This document shows, one piece after another, positions 61,101 through 64,000 of a stretch of 64,000 nucleotides of DNA. Source of the DNA: Azolla caroliniana. Lineage: Eukaryota > Plantae > Polypodiophyta. The position numbers and the translations under genes were made by a program. Within the stretch, counting starts at the first letter, position 1. Every line of letters starts with the position of its first letter. A model generated the notes under the pieces. That model saw nothing but the letters and a program-made list of their open reading frames with translations. It did no database searches and was not told the DNA's origin. The stretch spans positions 3,410,001 through 3,474,000 of the forward strand of contig JBHGNT010000008.1 in the NCBI GenBank assembly GCA_043228905.1, in the 5' to 3' direction.

Positions 61101-64000
61101 ACCGGGCCTTGTACCGGTTAACTGAACCGTCGGCGTTGTACTTTACCTTGTACACCCACTTACATCAGATCGGTTTACAACGTCGGGGAGGGTCGACTAG
61201 GTCCCACGTGTCGTTGGCATCAAGTGCCCGCATCTCTTCCTCCATAGCGGCACGCCAATGTGCGTCGTTTGCCGCTTCTGCGTAGCTCCTCGGCTCACGC
61301 ACTTCCGCCACCTTGGTCATGTACGCATAGTGATGCGCCATGTACTCATTGTACCCGTACCGCTTAATAGGTTCCTTCTGGCGGGTTGACCGGTGTAACC
61401 CATTGTTACCCGGTTTGAGGCCCTTCTTGGCCGGTTCGGTCTTCGGTGCCGAAGAACCATCGTTTTTCTTTCCGGAGTCAGATCCGCTCAGATCCGACTC
61501 ATCATTACCGGTTTCATAATCCGACATCTTCTTCTTCCCCTTCTCTTTGCGCATAAACCGTCTCCTCGGTTCCTTGCGTGGGGAGAGCACGACAGAGTCT
61601 TCACTACTCGCCGGTTCCTCTTCTGACTGGTCGGATTGACCCAGTCTCTCGTTCGGCCCACTCAACCGAAACAATTCCGGACTCTCTTCTTGAGTCCCGG
61701 ATTCATCATCTTCTAGCTGGACCGGTTCAGGCTCACTAGCCTCATCCTCCTGTATCGGGTTGGGGTCGGAAGTCGGAGCCAGTAAGGCATACCATGATGC
61801 CGTCTCATCAAACTCCACATCCTGGCTAACTCGGACCTGCTTCGTCCGAGGGTTGTAACATTTATACCCCTTTTGCTCATGCGAGTAATCGACTAGGCTG
61901 CATTTCTCCGACTTTGCATCCAACTTCCTTCGCTTCTTATCCGGTACATGCACATATGTAGTGCTACCGAATATCCGAAGGTGTCACAAATTCGGCTTGC
62001 GCCCGAAATACAGCTCATGCACGGACACCTTGTCACCGATCTTGTTTTGGATGTAAATGACCATCCGGACCGCCTCCGCCCAGTAGAAATGGGGCATGCT
62101 CTTCTCTTTCAACATTGCCCTTGCCGTGTCGACAAGCAACCAGTTCTTCCTTTCGGCCACACCATTTTGCTCTGGTGTGTATCTGCAACTGAACTCTCTC
62201 CGAATTCCTGTTTGCTGCAGATAACTGTTGAATTGGCCGGAAAAGTATTCTTTTCCACCATCTGACCGCAGGCACTTGATCTTCCTCTCTGATTCCCGTT
62301 CCACCATGCTTTGGAGGTTCCGGAAACAGTTGAAGACTTTGCTCTTCCGCTCAATGAGGTAGATCCATGTGTGTCGGCTATAGTCGTCAATGAAGGAGAC
62401 GAAGTATCGACTCCCGCCAAGACTCACGTTCTGTGCCGGTCCCCATACATCCGAATGAATAAGGTCGAGCTTGTTACGACTACGGTTTCATTCGGTGGGG
62501 AATGGAAGCCGGTGTTGCTTCCCGAGTTGGCAGGCTTCACATACTTGGGCCTTCCGGCCACTGAACTTCGGCAAACCGAAAACAAATTGTTTCGATTGCA
62601 GGTCTTGAAGCCTCCGGTAATTGACGTGGCCGATCCGCTTGTGCCAGAGATCGATGTCCGATTCAATCTTCTATCCTTTGGCGAACAAAGAGGTGCCGAC
62701 GTCATTGGTGTTGAGGATGAATATCCTCCCGTTTCTGCGCCCTTGCGCAATAATCTGGCCCTCCTCCTCGATGAAGCACCCGAGGTGCGTAAACCGCACC
62801 TGCATTCCCTGGTCGACGATTTGTCCAACTGACACCAGGTTCTTCGTGATAGTCGGAACGTGTAATACGTTCATAAGCTTCCCCCTCTGTCTGACATGGC
62901 TCAAAGGGACTTCACCGATATGCACGATAGGGTGAGGAGTGTCATCTCCGGTTTTGACAACTCCCAGTTGTTCCGGTTTCTCCAGGAAGGAGAACCACTC
63001 CTTGTGGTTCGTCATGTGATTTGAAGCACCGGAATCAACATACCATACGTCCTCTGATTTGGAAGTGGTCTTCTTCATCGAATTTGCCTCGTGCTTCATC
63101 ACCAAGGTAGGCCCCTTACTGGCTTTTCCGGTTTTGGATCCTCCCGATCCTTCTGCGTAGTGCGAGTATTGCCAGTTCTCATGACCGGTTTTGTCGGATC
63201 TAGATCTGTCCGAATCGGCGCGCTTCTTCTAGCACTCGCTTTCTCTGTAGCCCTTTTTGCCACAGTACCAACATTCCGTGGCGGATTTGTCTTGCCGGTC
63301 TCCGGCGCTACCTTGACTCCCCTTGGTTGTGGATGTCCCGGAATTGCTATCGGCATGGTCTCTGTGCCGTCTTTCCTGCTCTTGCCGGCCGCCTCTAGTG
63401 TGTGCTGACCCGCCTCGTCCACCACGCCCACGGGGCCAATCCGCCTCCGTGTATAACATCCGGCTGTCAATGGGTGCATTTGTTGACGCACCGGCGTGGT
63501 TCTCCTCTACAAGGAGCATTGACTGTAAGTCGAAAAATGACGGTGTAATCTCCCTCGTACAGACCGCCGTTCGGAAAGCTCCGAACCTGGACGCTAACCC
63601 ACCAAGTCACACTTGCACCATCTCATCCTCCTCGACGTTTACATTGCCGGAGGTGAGTGAGTCACAAATTTCCTTGATTCGGGCCGTGTAATCGGCCACA
63701 AACAGATTTTTCTGTCGGACATTGCTAAGCTCCTGCCTGAGCTGCAACTTCCTGGCCGTTGTGCTTGCAGCAGAAACCTTCTTCAGGTTTCCCCAAACTT
63801 CTTTTGGCATCTTGGCATCTCAGATATGGCTTACCAGCTGGTCTCCGACACTGGACACAAAGCAGTACATCACTCTGCTTGCCGATTGTTCCCACACAGG
63901 GAAGTCCTTGTGTGTCGCATCAGGTGTTGTGTCGTTAGCTCCGTCGACATAGCTCCAATACCCATGCCCAAGCAGGTACTGGTGCATCTTGTAAGACCAA
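58195..64000 (-). mobile_element. Ty1/Copia element B: gag-PR-IN-RT-RNase H plus 3' LTR (58580-58195); 5' end outside the window
   Basis: Motifs CWYCGKKGYRESEC, WYVDSGASNHM, YFVSFIDDYSR, EQNGVAER, RYKARLV, HQMDVKNAFL, LLYVDDL, DADWAGD and TKHIEVHYHFVRE. PPT GAGGGGGAG at 58589-58581 abuts an LTR running TGTTGA...TCTACA. Several frameshifts. Confidence 0.95.
59938..60543. mobile_element. AT-rich non-autonomous DNA-transposon-like insertion in the Copia B RT
   Basis: Abrupt AT-rich block between RT codons HYVLN and KLCPNSEP. The minus-strand end reads CATAGATTGACATATTCGCATTCG with repeated ATTCG/CGAAT motifs. Internal inverted repeats are present; no TSD found. Confidence 0.6.

Overview
Eukaryotic land-plant nuclear DNA, probably a fern (inferred from the homogeneous LGTALVDMYAKCG-type PLS repeats and the intron and repeat style). 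From left to right the window holds: a decayed LRR-receptor fragment; a 15-kb cluster of four PLS-class PPR genes; an intact 11-exon full-size ABCB (ABCB1/ABCB19-like) transporter; microsatellites, LINE fragments and old AT-rich repeats; a small two-exon membrane-protein gene; an AKR13-type aldo-keto reductase broken by an internal deletion; and a nested stack of transposons ending in two Ty1/Copia elements. The main finding is invisible in the ORF track. Two PPR genes (10364-12775 + and 19098-16120 -) each have a 99-nt first coding exon. Spliced to the long exon, it rebuilds an OSB/PTAC9-type PDF motif (the ssDNA-binding module of organellar SSB proteins) at the N-terminus of the PLS array. 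Both proteins start at an equivalent Met 15 residues before the motif, show no evident transit peptide, and keep only an eroded remnant of the E+/DYW region. A third paralogue carries a decayed copy of the same motif. All splice models and alignments were made by eye.
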